Of a stretch of 64,000 bases of DNA, positions 10,764 to 18,117 are shown in pieces. How positions within the stretch are numbered: the first letter of the stretch is position 1; each line of letters starts with the position of its first letter. The translations under genes were made by a program, and so were the position numbers. The notes beneath the pieces are model-generated. The model did not search any database. It had not been told where the DNA came from and saw only the letters and a list, made by a program, of their open reading frames with translations. The stretch lies in contig JAOUEV010000012.1 of assembly GCA_029858565.1 (NCBI GenBank), positions 278 through 64,277 on the forward strand. Direction: 5' to 3'. This DNA comes from Nitrospirota bacterium. GTDB taxonomy: Bacteria > Nitrospirota > UBA9217.

Positions 10764-11480
10764 ATGCCGTCACCCTATAAACGCATTTTGCTCAAACTGT
10801 CCGGCGAGGCCCTCATGGGCTCCCAGGGACATGGCATCGACCTCGCGGTGATCGACAAGATCGCTTCGGAGATCAAGGAGATCCACGAGCACGGCATCGA
10901 GATCGCGATCGTGATCGGCGGCGGCAACATCTTCCGGGGCCTTTCAGCCGCGGCAAAAGGCATGGAGCGCGCCAGCGCGGACTACATGGGCATGCTGGCC
11001 ACGGTGCTGAACGCCCTGGCGCTCCAGAACACCCTGGAAAACAAGGGCGTGGCGACCCGGGTCCAGACCGCCATCGAGATGCGCGAGCTCGCCGAGACCT
11101 ACATACGCCGCCGCGCCGTGCGGCACCTTGAGAAGAAGCGCATCGTCATCTTTGCCGCGGGCACGGGCAATCCTTATTTCACCACCGACACAGCCGCGGC
11201 GCTCCGCGCCATGGAGATCAACGCCAACGTGATCATGAAGGCGACCAAGGTGGACGGCGTGTACAGCGCCGACCCGGTGAAGGACCCGACGGCGGTCAAA
11301 TACGATCACCTGACCTATCTCGATGTGCTCCAGAAGAACCTGAAGGTCATGGATGCCGCCGCCATTTCACTCTGCATGGACAACAATCTTCCTATTATCG
11401 TGTTCAATCTCAACGTTCCCGGCAACATCAAGAAGATCGTCGCGGGCGAGTCGCTGGGAACGATTGTTTCCGGGAGATAA
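10764..11480 (+). CDS. pyrH: UMP kinase
   Basis: [15 protein letters not shown]...[11 protein letters not shown], 238 aa, in the conserved rpsB-tsf-pyrH-frr block. Confidence 0.95.
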   Translation: MPSPYKRILLKLSGEALMGSQGHGIDLAVIDKIASEIKEIHEHGIEIAIVIGGGNIFRGLSAAAKGMERASADYMGMLATVLNALALQNTLENKGVATRVQTAIEMRELAETYIRRRAVRHLEKKRIVIFAAGTGNPYFTTDTAAALRAMEINANVIMKATKVDGVYSADPVKDPTAVKYDHLTYLDVLQKNLKVMDAAAISLCMDNNLPIIVFNLNVPGNIKKIVAGESLGTIVSGR

Positions 11481-11483
11481 GCT

Positions 11484-12047
11484 ATGGCCAATGAGCTGGT
11501 AAAAAAAGCCGATGACAAGATGCACAAGGCCCACGAGGTCCTGAAGAAGGAGTTCGCCGCTATCCGTACCGGCAGAGCGTCCCTGGGCATTCTGGACAAC
11601 ATCATCGTGGATTATTACGGAACGCCGACCCCTCTGAACCAGGTCGCCAACCTCTCTGTGCCTGATCCCCGGACCATCGCCATCCAGCCCTGGGAGGCCA
11701 AGATGCTCGGCGCGATCGAAAAGGCCATCCTGGCATCCGACGTGGGCGTCACGCCGACCAACGACGGCAAGAATATCCGCCTCTCCATGCCGCCGCTCAC
11801 CGAAGAGCGAAGACTGCAGATCGTGAAGCACGCGAAAAAGCTCGCCGAGGACACGAAGGTGGCCTGCAGGAACATCCGGCATGATGCGAACAACGATCTG
11901 AAGAAGAAAAGCAAGGACAAGGACGCCCACATCTCCGAGGACGAGGTAAAGAAGCTGCAGGATGAGATCCAGAAGCTCACGGACAACCACATCAAGAAGA
12001 TCGACGAACTCCTTGCCCATAAGGAGAAAGAGATCATGACCGTCTAG
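11484..12047 (+). CDS. frr: Ribosome recycling factor
   Basis: 187 aa; LKKEFAAIRTGRASLGILDNIIVDYYGTPTPLNQVANLSVPDPRTIAIQPWE. Confidence 0.95.
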   Translation: MANELVKKADDKMHKAHEVLKKEFAAIRTGRASLGILDNIIVDYYGTPTPLNQVANLSVPDPRTIAIQPWEAKMLGAIEKAILASDVGVTPTNDGKNIRLSMPPLTEERRLQIVKHAKKLAEDTKVACRNIRHDANNDLKKKSKDKDAHISEDEVKKLQDEIQKLTDNHIKKIDELLAHKEKEIMTV

Positions 12048-12079
12048 GCCCGGGGACTTTCCGGCCAAAGGAGCGGAAC

Positions 12080-12460
12080 ATGCTGAAAGTTCTTTTCCGT
12101 AAAAGTCTTTGTTGTTACCTTGCCCTCGCCCTTTTCGCACTATCCCTCCCCGCAACGGGATGGGCCATGTTCCTGCCTGCTGATACCGCGACCCTTCGGA
12201 CCGAGGACCTGTCCACGGTCCGAACGACCCTTGAATCGAATATCGTCAAACAGCGCCTTCTGGATTACGGCCTGACCGCCGAGCAGGTATCCGCTTCCGT
12301 GGACCGGCTCTCGGACGAGCAGCTTCACCGGCTTGCCACGAACATCGATTCTGTCCAGGCGGGCGGTGACGGTCTGGGAGGGGTGATCTTCATTTTGCTG
12401 GTCGTCATCATCGTCATTGTCGTGCTCGAAGCCACGGGGCATCATATCGTTGTCAAGTAA
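12080..12460 (+). CDS. Small secreted protein, PA2779-like family (paralog 1): signal peptide, ~60-aa domain, GG motif, C-terminal TM anchor with short basic tail
   Basis: Signal peptide ending ATGWA; conserved core KQRLLDYGLTAEQVSASVDRLSDEQLHRLATNIDSVQAGGDG, then GVIFILLVVIIVIVVL-EATGHHIVVK. Confidence 0.6.
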   Translation: MLKVLFRKSLCCYLALALFALSLPATGWAMFLPADTATLRTEDLSTVRTTLESNIVKQRLLDYGLTAEQVSASVDRLSDEQLHRLATNIDSVQAGGDGLGGVIFILLVVIIVIVVLEATGHHIVVK

Positions 12461-12504
12461 TGATCAGACGACCAGGTTGCTTTTTTAGACAAAGGAGACT
12501 TGTC

Positions 12505-12915
12505 ATGCAGTCCATCAGGAGAGCGTTCTACACAAAACCGCTGGCGATCTATCTGGTGCTGGCCCTGATCGCCATTTCAACTGCCGCGGGTCCGGCCGAA
12601 GCCATGTACATTCCTTCCGCGCCTGGCTCCGGGATCGCGCCAGCCCTCGACCGCGCCGCGGACCTGGCAGTCATTCAAAAGGCCCTGGAAACAAAGACCG
12701 TGCAGCAGCGCCTGGTGGACTACGGGCTCACTCCCGATGAGGCCATGGCCAAGCTGAACAACCTGCCTGACGACCAGCTGCACAAGCTCGCCACGAATAT
12801 TGACGAGGTCCAGGCAGGCGGCGACGTGGTCGGCACGCTGTTCGCTCTGATCATCATTGCGGCCCTCGTGGTATTTATCATCTTCCTGCTCGAGGGCAGG
12901 ATCCAGATCCGGTGA
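12505..12915 (+). CDS. Small secreted protein, PA2779-like family (paralog 2)
   Basis: AAGGAG RBS then ATG at 12505. Signal peptide ending GPAEA; core QQRLVDYGLTPDEAMAKLNNLPDDQLHKLATNIDEVQAGGDV, then TM LFALIIIAALVVFIIFLL-EGRIQIR. Clear paralog of the 12080 gene. Confidence 0.6.
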   Translation: MQSIRRAFYTKPLAIYLVLALIAISTAAGPAEAMYIPSAPGSGIAPALDRAADLAVIQKALETKTVQQRLVDYGLTPDEAMAKLNNLPDDQLHKLATNIDEVQAGGDVVGTLFALIIIAALVVFIIFLLEGRIQIR

Positions 12916-13508
12916 CCCTTTTCCCGAAATGTCGCAGAGCCGTGAGCAGCTATCCTGTTCACGGCTTTTTTTTCCTTCTCACGCTTCTTATCCTTGCCGG
13001 ATGCGCTGCGCCGGACTTCGAGTCCCTTCGACCGGGCATGGGCGACCATGGCCGGTACATCGACAACGTGCCCTTCTTCCGTCAGGGCGAGGCCGCCTGC
13101 GGACCGGCGGCACTTGCCGGAGTTCTGGAATATCGAGGGAAGCCGCGGCAGCTGGAGGAGATCACCCGGGCGGTCTATACGCCGAAGCTTGGCGGAACCC
13201 TGCCCATGGACATGGAGCGCTATGCAGGCGAGACAGGACTTGCGGCCAGTTCCCGCTCCGGGACCGTTGATGCGCTCAAGTCATTGATCAGGGATTCTTC
13301 CCCCGTGATCTGCCTGCTGGATCTGGGTTTTTGGGTCTACCGCCAACCCCACTATGTTCTGGTCATAGGCTACGATGACGCAAAACGCATGCTCATCATG
13401 CATGACGGCGCCACCCCGAACAGGATCATGGACGTTGATGCCTTTGACCGTGCCTGGTCCCGGGCAGGCCGGTGGATGCTGATCGTCAAGCCCGGGAAGG
13501 GATCATGA
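12912..13508 (+). CDS. Lipoprotein with peptidase C39-like (papain-fold cysteine peptidase) domain, PA2778-like
   Basis: Lipobox LAGC. Putative catalytic Cys in FRQGEAACGPAALAGVLEY and His in QPHYVLVIGYDD, spaced as in C39/bacteriocin-processing peptidase domains. Start overlaps the stop of the upstream small-protein gene. Confidence 0.6.
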   Translation: MTLFPKCRRAVSSYPVHGFFFLLTLLILAGCAAPDFESLRPGMGDHGRYIDNVPFFRQGEAACGPAALAGVLEYRGKPRQLEEITRAVYTPKLGGTLPMDMERYAGETGLAASSRSGTVDALKSLIRDSSPVICLLDLGFWVYRQPHYVLVIGYDDAKRMLIMHDGATPNRIMDVDAFDRAWSRAGRWMLIVKPGKGS

Positions 13509-14140
13509 TGACTTCGCTCCGATCTTTAGCAGCCATCCTCCTGCTCCTTGGCACTTTCTCCGGCTGCTCCCTGCCGAAGATCGTATTCCTCCATGACCCA
13601 TTATCAGCGGACGAGCACACGCAGCTCGGCATTGCCTATGATTCCCAGCAAAAGCACGACCTTGCGCTGGACCAGTTCCGGCTGGCGATCAAGAAGGATA
13701 AGAAACACCTGGCCGCATGGAAGCTTCTGGCAGACCTTTCCTACCGCCTGAACGACCTCGACAGTGCTGTCTCGGCCCTTGAAAAGGCTATAGAACTGGA
13801 GCCGGCCTCAGGCGACAGCCGGAACAACCTGGCATGGGTGTATCTTAAGCAGGGAACGAACCTCAAGCAGGCCGCGACGATACTTGAGGAAGCGCTGATG
13901 CTTCACCCGGCGAACAGGCCTTATTACCTCGACACCCTGGGCATGGTCCTGCTGAAGCTCGGGAAAACGAAGGAGGCGGTCTCGGCGCTTGAGGAGTCGG
14001 CTCGCACCCTGCCCGCTGACAAACCAGAGGTACTGGCGGAAGCCTACGACCACCTTGCCCAGGCATACGACGCTGCGGGTAATAAAGATGGTCACGAGCG
14101 CTCGCTGATCAAGGCGCAGGTTCTTCGCAACAAAAAGTAA
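13505..14140 (+). CDS. TPR-repeat lipoprotein
   Basis: Signal/lipobox FSGC; 3-4 TPR-like repeats (LGIAYDSQQKHDLALDQFRLAIKKD, AWKLLADLSYRLNDLDSAVSALEKAIELEP, ...). ATGATGA overlap with the peptidase gene stop suggests translational coupling. Confidence 0.7.
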   Translation: MMTSLRSLAAILLLLGTFSGCSLPKIVFLHDPLSADEHTQLGIAYDSQQKHDLALDQFRLAIKKDKKHLAAWKLLADLSYRLNDLDSAVSALEKAIELEPASGDSRNNLAWVYLKQGTNLKQAATILEEALMLHPANRPYYLDTLGMVLLKLGKTKEAVSALEESARTLPADKPEVLAEAYDHLAQAYDAAGNKDGHERSLIKAQVLRNKK

Positions 14141-14219
14141 GGGGCTTTCGTATTTTAGTTGAAATTGCTTGATCCCCATGCACAAAAACAATCAATCCTG
14201 GAACAGTAACCCTTTTTTT

Positions 14220-14385
14220 CGCGCAAAGCCGCAAAGGCGCAAAGAAAGGCAATCCTGATACCGGTAACTATCTTAAACCGGCTGAAATATGCGAACATTT
14301 TGAAGTCTTCACATTTCCCACGGTATCTTTTCTTGAGCCTTTGACATTGTTTTCTTTGCGCGCTTTGCGGCTTTGCGCGAGACAG
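14220..14385. repeat. Small inverted-repeat element A (MITE/REP-like): triple 8-mer GCGCAAAG arrays in inverted orientation flanking a ~105-bp AT-richer core
   Basis: Left arm gcgcaaagccgcaaaggcgcaaag (14221-14244) matches the reverse complement of right arm ctttgcgcgctttgcggctttgcgc (14354-14378) with a 16-bp perfect core. Ends in gcgagacag. Sits in the atpB upstream intergenic region. Confidence 0.6.
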
Positions 14386-14576
14386 AAGTTAGCCATTGTT
14401 TTCAACTTTACTGCGAATGAACAAAAAGTAACCTCCTCCCAGCCCTCTTCATTAGCAAAAATATATATATTCATTAGGAAATTTAATGGTCCCTTTCCGG
14501 GTTTAGGCTTGACAAAAAAGTGGGGTTACTGTAGATTTTTTTACCTAGACCGTGTAACCGATAAAGGAGTGCCCCT

Positions 14577-15251
14577 ATGAAAGAAGGACCGGTAGTCCTC
14601 CATAACTCGCTTGTTGCCGACCATGTGTCCTACACCTGGTTCACCATGGCGATCCTGATCGGCCTGGCGCTGATCGCGCGGGCTTCTCTCAAGCGGGATG
14701 CGCCCACGGGCGTTCAGAACGTGTTCGAGGTGATCTTTGACGGCCTGAACGGCTATGTGGACGAGATCATGGGACCCCATGGTCACCAGTATTTCACCCT
14801 GGTCGGCACGCTCTTTCTGTTCATCCTTACGGCGAACATCATCGGTCTCATCCCCGGATTCAACTCGCCCACGGCGAACATCAACACCACCGCGGCTCTG
14901 GCGATCACGGTCTTTGCAGCGACCCATATCATCGGCGTTGCTAAGCACGGTCTCTCCTACTTCAAGCATTTCATGGGGCCTGTTTCCTGGCTCGCGCCGC
15001 TCATGATCCCCATCGAGGTCATCAGCCATCTGGCCCGGCCGGTATCCCTCTCGTTCCGTCTTTTCGGCAATATGGTGGCAAAACATGAACTCATGCTCGT
15101 GCTTGCGGCCCTGGCCCCGTTCCTGGCTCCGGTGCCGATCCTCGGCCTGGGCCTGTTCGTGGCCTTTGTGCAGGCCGGCGTGTTCACGCTCTTGACCATG
15201 CTCTACCTCGCGGGCTCCATCGAGGAAGCCCACGGCAGCGACCATCACTAA
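14577..15251 (+). CDS. atpB: F0F1 ATP synthase subunit a
   Basis: 224 aa, 5-6 TM; conserved Arg region [20 protein letters not shown]. Confidence 0.9.
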   Translation: MKEGPVVLHNSLVADHVSYTWFTMAILIGLALIARASLKRDAPTGVQNVFEVIFDGLNGYVDEIMGPHGHQYFTLVGTLFLFILTANIIGLIPGFNSPTANINTTAALAITVFAATHIIGVAKHGLSYFKHFMGPVSWLAPLMIPIEVISHLARPVSLSFRLFGNMVAKHELMLVLAALAPFLAPVPILGLGLFVAFVQAGVFTLLTMLYLAGSIEEAHGSDHH

Positions 15252-15262
15252 TTCGCAATTAC

Positions 15263-15300
15263 GGTAGGGGCAGGTTTAAAACCTGCCCCTACAAATTTTT
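15263..15300 (+). other. Perfect 14-bp palindrome hairpin between atpB and atpE followed by a short T-run
   Basis: gtaggggcaggttt/aaacctgcccctac then aaatttttaaacc. Possibly an attenuator or processing site for atpB:atpE stoichiometry. Confidence 0.4.
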
Positions 15301-15406
15301 AAACCTCGGAGGATGTCGTTCCCGCAGACGCGGGAGTCCCCGGGAGGTAGCGCCCCGGCATGATTCCGGACAAGATTTGCACTTTTGGAGAAAGGAGGAC
15401 AACCTC

Positions 15407-15727
15407 ATGAAAAAGCTTGCTCTTCTCGTTATGTCCCTCAGCATGGTCCTCGTTGCCGCAGCTGCATTCGCGAGCGAGGGCGCCGCAGCTCCTGCTGCAG
15501 CCGCTGCGTCCACCGGCATTTCCGCCGCGGTCGCCGCGCTCTTCGCCATCGCCATCGCGGCGTTCGGCGGCAGCATCGGCATGGGCCTCAGCATCAGCAA
15601 GGCCGTTGAAGGCATCGCCCGCAACCCCGAGGCGTCCGGCAAGATCATGACCACCATGATCATCGGTCTGGCGCTGATCGAGTCGCTGGCCATCTACACC
15701 CTGGTCATCATCTTCATCAAGGCCTAA
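15407..15727 (+). CDS. atpE: F0F1 ATP synthase subunit c with N-terminal signal-like extension
   Basis: RBS AAAGGAGG then ATG at 15407. C-terminal ~75 aa is a canonical c subunit ([45 protein letters not shown]). The N-terminal ~30 aa [25 protein letters not shown] is hydrophobic and signal-peptide-like. Confidence 0.9.
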   Translation: MKKLALLVMSLSMVLVAAAAFASEGAAAPAAAAASTGISAAVAALFAIAIAAFGGSIGMGLSISKAVEGIARNPEASGKIMTTMIIGLALIESLAIYTLVIIFIKA

Positions 15728-15750
15728 GGGTAGATATCGCAGTTCAGAAA

Positions 15751-15779
15751 GGGGACGGTGAAAACCGTCCCCTTTTTTT
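15751..15779 (+). terminator. Rho-independent terminator after atpE
   Basis: ggggacgg-tgaaaa-ccgtcccc hairpin followed by TTTTTTT. Confidence 0.8.
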
Positions 15780-15798
15780 GTGCCTCATCCAGCCCCTC

Positions 15799-15827
15799 TT
15801 GACTTGTGTCACGTGACGCGTTACAAT
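15799..15827 (+). promoter_or_regulatory. Sigma70-like promoter (TTGACT-17-TACAAT) with a 10-bp palindrome gtcacgtgac in the spacer (likely HigA operator)
   Basis: TTGACT at 15799-15804, 17-nt spacer, TACAAT at 15822-15827. The higB GTG start lies 7 nt downstream, which would make the transcript leaderless. Confidence 0.6.
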
Positions 15828-15833
15828 TCCCCA

Positions 15834-16115
15834 GTGATCAGATCGTTCAAGGACAGACATACCGAGCAGCTCTACATGACCGGAAAATCCAAACGGCTGC
15901 CCGGCGACATCCTGCAACGCGCAAGACGTCGGCTTGAATATATCGACCTTGCAACCTGTCTTGACGACTTGAAAGTTCCGCCCAGCAATCGACTGCATGC
16001 GCTTACCCGTAATCGAACCGGACAACATTCGATTGCGGTGAATGATCAATGGAGAATTTGCTTTCGGTTCAAAAAGGGCGATGCATTCGACGTAGAGATC
16101 ACTGATTACCATTGA
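15834..16115 (+). CDS. higB: Type II toxin HigB (RelE/ParE superfamily)
   Basis: VIRSFKDRHTEQLY...NDQWRICFRFKKGDAFDVEITDYH closely follows the Rts1 HigB pattern (MIKSFKHKGLKLLF...ANWRITFQFINGDAYILNYEDYH). GTG start chosen by homology. Confidence 0.8.
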   Translation: MIRSFKDRHTEQLYMTGKSKRLPGDILQRARRRLEYIDLATCLDDLKVPPSNRLHALTRNRTGQHSIAVNDQWRICFRFKKGDAFDVEITDYH

Positions 16116-16131
16116 GCGGAGAGAGAAAACC

Positions 16132-16437
16132 ATGAAGACACGGGAAAGAGCAATACGTCCGGTCCATCCAGGAGAGATGTTGCGGGAAGATTTTCTGCCT
16201 GATTACAACATGTCCGCATCATCTTTTGCCGCCGCGCTGGGCGTATCCCGCCAGACGGCCAACGAGCTTCTGAACGAGCGTCGGTCGGTCACGCCCGTGA
16301 TGGCCCTGAGCCTGTCCCGCTTATTCGGCAATACGCCTCTGTTCTGGCTGAACGCCCAGGCGGCCGTTGACCTATGGGAAGCCCAACGACGCAGCAAGGC
16401 CAAGCTGGCCCGCATACGACCGCTGACCGCTGCGTGA
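16132..16437 (+). CDS. higA: Antitoxin HigA (HTH XRE family)
   Basis: IRPVHPGEMLREDFLPDYNMSASSFAAALGVSRQTANELLNERRSVTPVMALSLSRLFGNTPLFWLNAQAAVDLWEA; toxin-upstream gene order typical of higBA. Confidence 0.85.
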   Translation: MKTRERAIRPVHPGEMLREDFLPDYNMSASSFAAALGVSRQTANELLNERRSVTPVMALSLSRLFGNTPLFWLNAQAAVDLWEAQRRSKAKLARIRPLTAA

Positions 16438-16442
16438 ACCAA

Positions 16443-16490
16443 GCCATAGCCATTTACACCCTGGTCATCATCTTATCAACGCAAGCCTGA
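16443..16490 (+). repeat. Decayed direct-repeat copy of the atpE 3' end, including a stop codon
   Basis: gccatagccatttacaccctggtcatcatcttatcaacgcaagcctga versus atpE 15689-15727 gccatctacaccctggtcatcatcttcatcaaggcctaa; 19 bp are identical (acaccctggtcatcatctt). Together they flank the higBA cassette. Confidence 0.75.
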
Positions 16491-16650
16491 TGAGCAAAGT
16501 GTCTTCGTGCCTGTTTTGTGAGAAATGGTTTTCTTTACGTTTACTTGTGTCTAGGGCAATGACTAATCTTTTTTCCCTTTTTCTCCCCATTCACCTGCGG
16601 TATAATAGCCCCTCGATATCATTGCTGAACAAAAGGAGTTGTTTCGAATT

Positions 16651-18093
16651 ATGAGTAATGTTCGCGTTCGTTTTGCCCCCTCCCCGACGGGCGCCCTGCA
16701 TATCGGCGGAGTCCGCACCGCCCTGTTCAACTGGCTCTTCGCCCGTCACCACAAGGGAACCTTCATCCTGCGCATCGAAGATACGGACCAGCAGCGGTCA
16801 ACCGACGAATCCATCCGTATCATCATCGACGGCATGAAATGGCTCGGCATGGACTGGGAAGAGGGACCGACCGTGCAGGCCGACGGAACGGTCAAGGGAT
16901 TTCGCCAGACCGAGCGCATGGACATCTACCGCGAGTATGCGGACCGGCTGCTGAAGGAAGGCAAAGCCTACTACTGCTACTGTTCGCCCGAGGAACTCGA
17001 CAGCCGCAGAAAAGCAGCCATGGCCGCTGGCAAACCGCCCAAGTACGACCGCACCTGCTTCGGCCGCAAGGAGCCCGTTTCCGGCAGGACCCCGGTGCTT
17101 CGTTTCCATTCGATCGACGAAGGACAGACCATTGTGCGCGACACGATCCGCGGCGCGGTCACTTTCGAGAACCAGCAGCTCGACGACCTGATCATCATGC
17201 GGTCCGACGGTTTTCCGACCTATAACTTCGCTGTTGTCGTGGACGACGTGACCATGAAGATCTCCCATGTGATCCGCGGTGACGACCACCTGAACAACAC
17301 GCCGCGCCAGATCCAGATCTACCGCGCTCTCGGGTTCGAACCGCCCGAGTTCGCCCATCTGCCCATGATCCTGGGTTCCGACAAGACCAAGCTGTCCAAG
17401 CGCCACGGCGCGACCGCAGTGACCGAATACAAGGACCTTGGTTACCTGCCCGAGGCCTTGATGAACTATCTCGCGCGGCTCGGCTGGTCCCATGGCGATC
17501 AGGAGGTCTTCTCCATTGCCGAACTGATCGAGAAGTTCACCCTCGACAACATCGGCAAAGCGCCCGCAGTGTTCAATCCGGAGAAGCTCGTCTGGCTGAA
17601 CCACCACTACATCCAGCAGTCTGACCCTGAGCGGCTTTCCGGCCTGGTGCTCGATCTCCTGAAAAAGGACGGCGTGGTTCAGGAAGGCAAGGAGCCCGAC
17701 GCAACATGGATGAACAAGCTCGTGAAGATCCTGACCGAACGGAGCCACACGCTGGTTGAGATGAAGACCTCGTCCCTGCCATTTCTCCAGGACAGCATCA
17801 CCATGGACGAAAAGGCCAGGGCCAAGCATCTGACGCCTGACGTGAAGCCGCTGCTTGAGGAACTTGCCGGGAAGCTCAAGTCGCTCGAACCTTGTTCCCA
17901 CGACGCAATCGAGAAGCTATTCAACGATATCGTGACGCCCAAGGGTGTGAAACTCGGCAAGCTGGCCCAACCGGTGCGCGTGGCCCTGACCGGCGGGACT
18001 GTCAGTCCGGGCATCTTCGACGTCATCGAGGTCATGGGGAAAGACCGGACCGTTGACCGCATCAACGCGGCGATCAAGATGATCAGCACATAG
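16651..18093 (+). CDS. gltX: Glutamate--tRNA ligase
   Basis: MSNVRVRFAPSPTGALHIGGVRTALFNWLFARHHKG (HIGH motif), KLSKRHG (KMSKS); 480 aa. AGGAG RBS; ATG at 16651 (the track start 16639 is TTG). A TATAAT -10 at 16603. Confidence 0.95.
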   Translation: MSNVRVRFAPSPTGALHIGGVRTALFNWLFARHHKGTFILRIEDTDQQRSTDESIRIIIDGMKWLGMDWEEGPTVQADGTVKGFRQTERMDIYREYADRLLKEGKAYYCYCSPEELDSRRKAAMAAGKPPKYDRTCFGRKEPVSGRTPVLRFHSIDEGQTIVRDTIRGAVTFENQQLDDLIIMRSDGFPTYNFAVVVDDVTMKISHVIRGDDHLNNTPRQIQIYRALGFEPPEFAHLPMILGSDKTKLSKRHGATAVTEYKDLGYLPEALMNYLARLGWSHGDQEVFSIAELIEKFTLDNIGKAPAVFNPEKLVWLNHHYIQQSDPERLSGLVLDLLKKDGVVQEGKEPDATWMNKLVKILTERSHTLVEMKTSSLPFLQDSITMDEKARAKHLTPDVKPLLEELAGKLKSLEPCSHDAIEKLFNDIVTPKGVKLGKLAQPVRVALTGGTVSPGIFDVIEVMGKDRTVDRINAAIKMIST

Positions 18094-18117
18094 ACCACCT
18101 GTTCACGGACCAATCAA

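Noticed and set aside
17330-17350. gggttcgaaccgcc, a tRNA T-arm-like motif
   Set aside because: It is embedded in the gltX coding sequence with no surrounding cloverleaf-capable sequence. No tRNA genes were recognisable anywhere in the window.
16798-17901. 367-aa minus-strand ORF
   Set aside because: It is antisense to gltX, whose class-I HIGH/KMSKS signature is on the plus strand.
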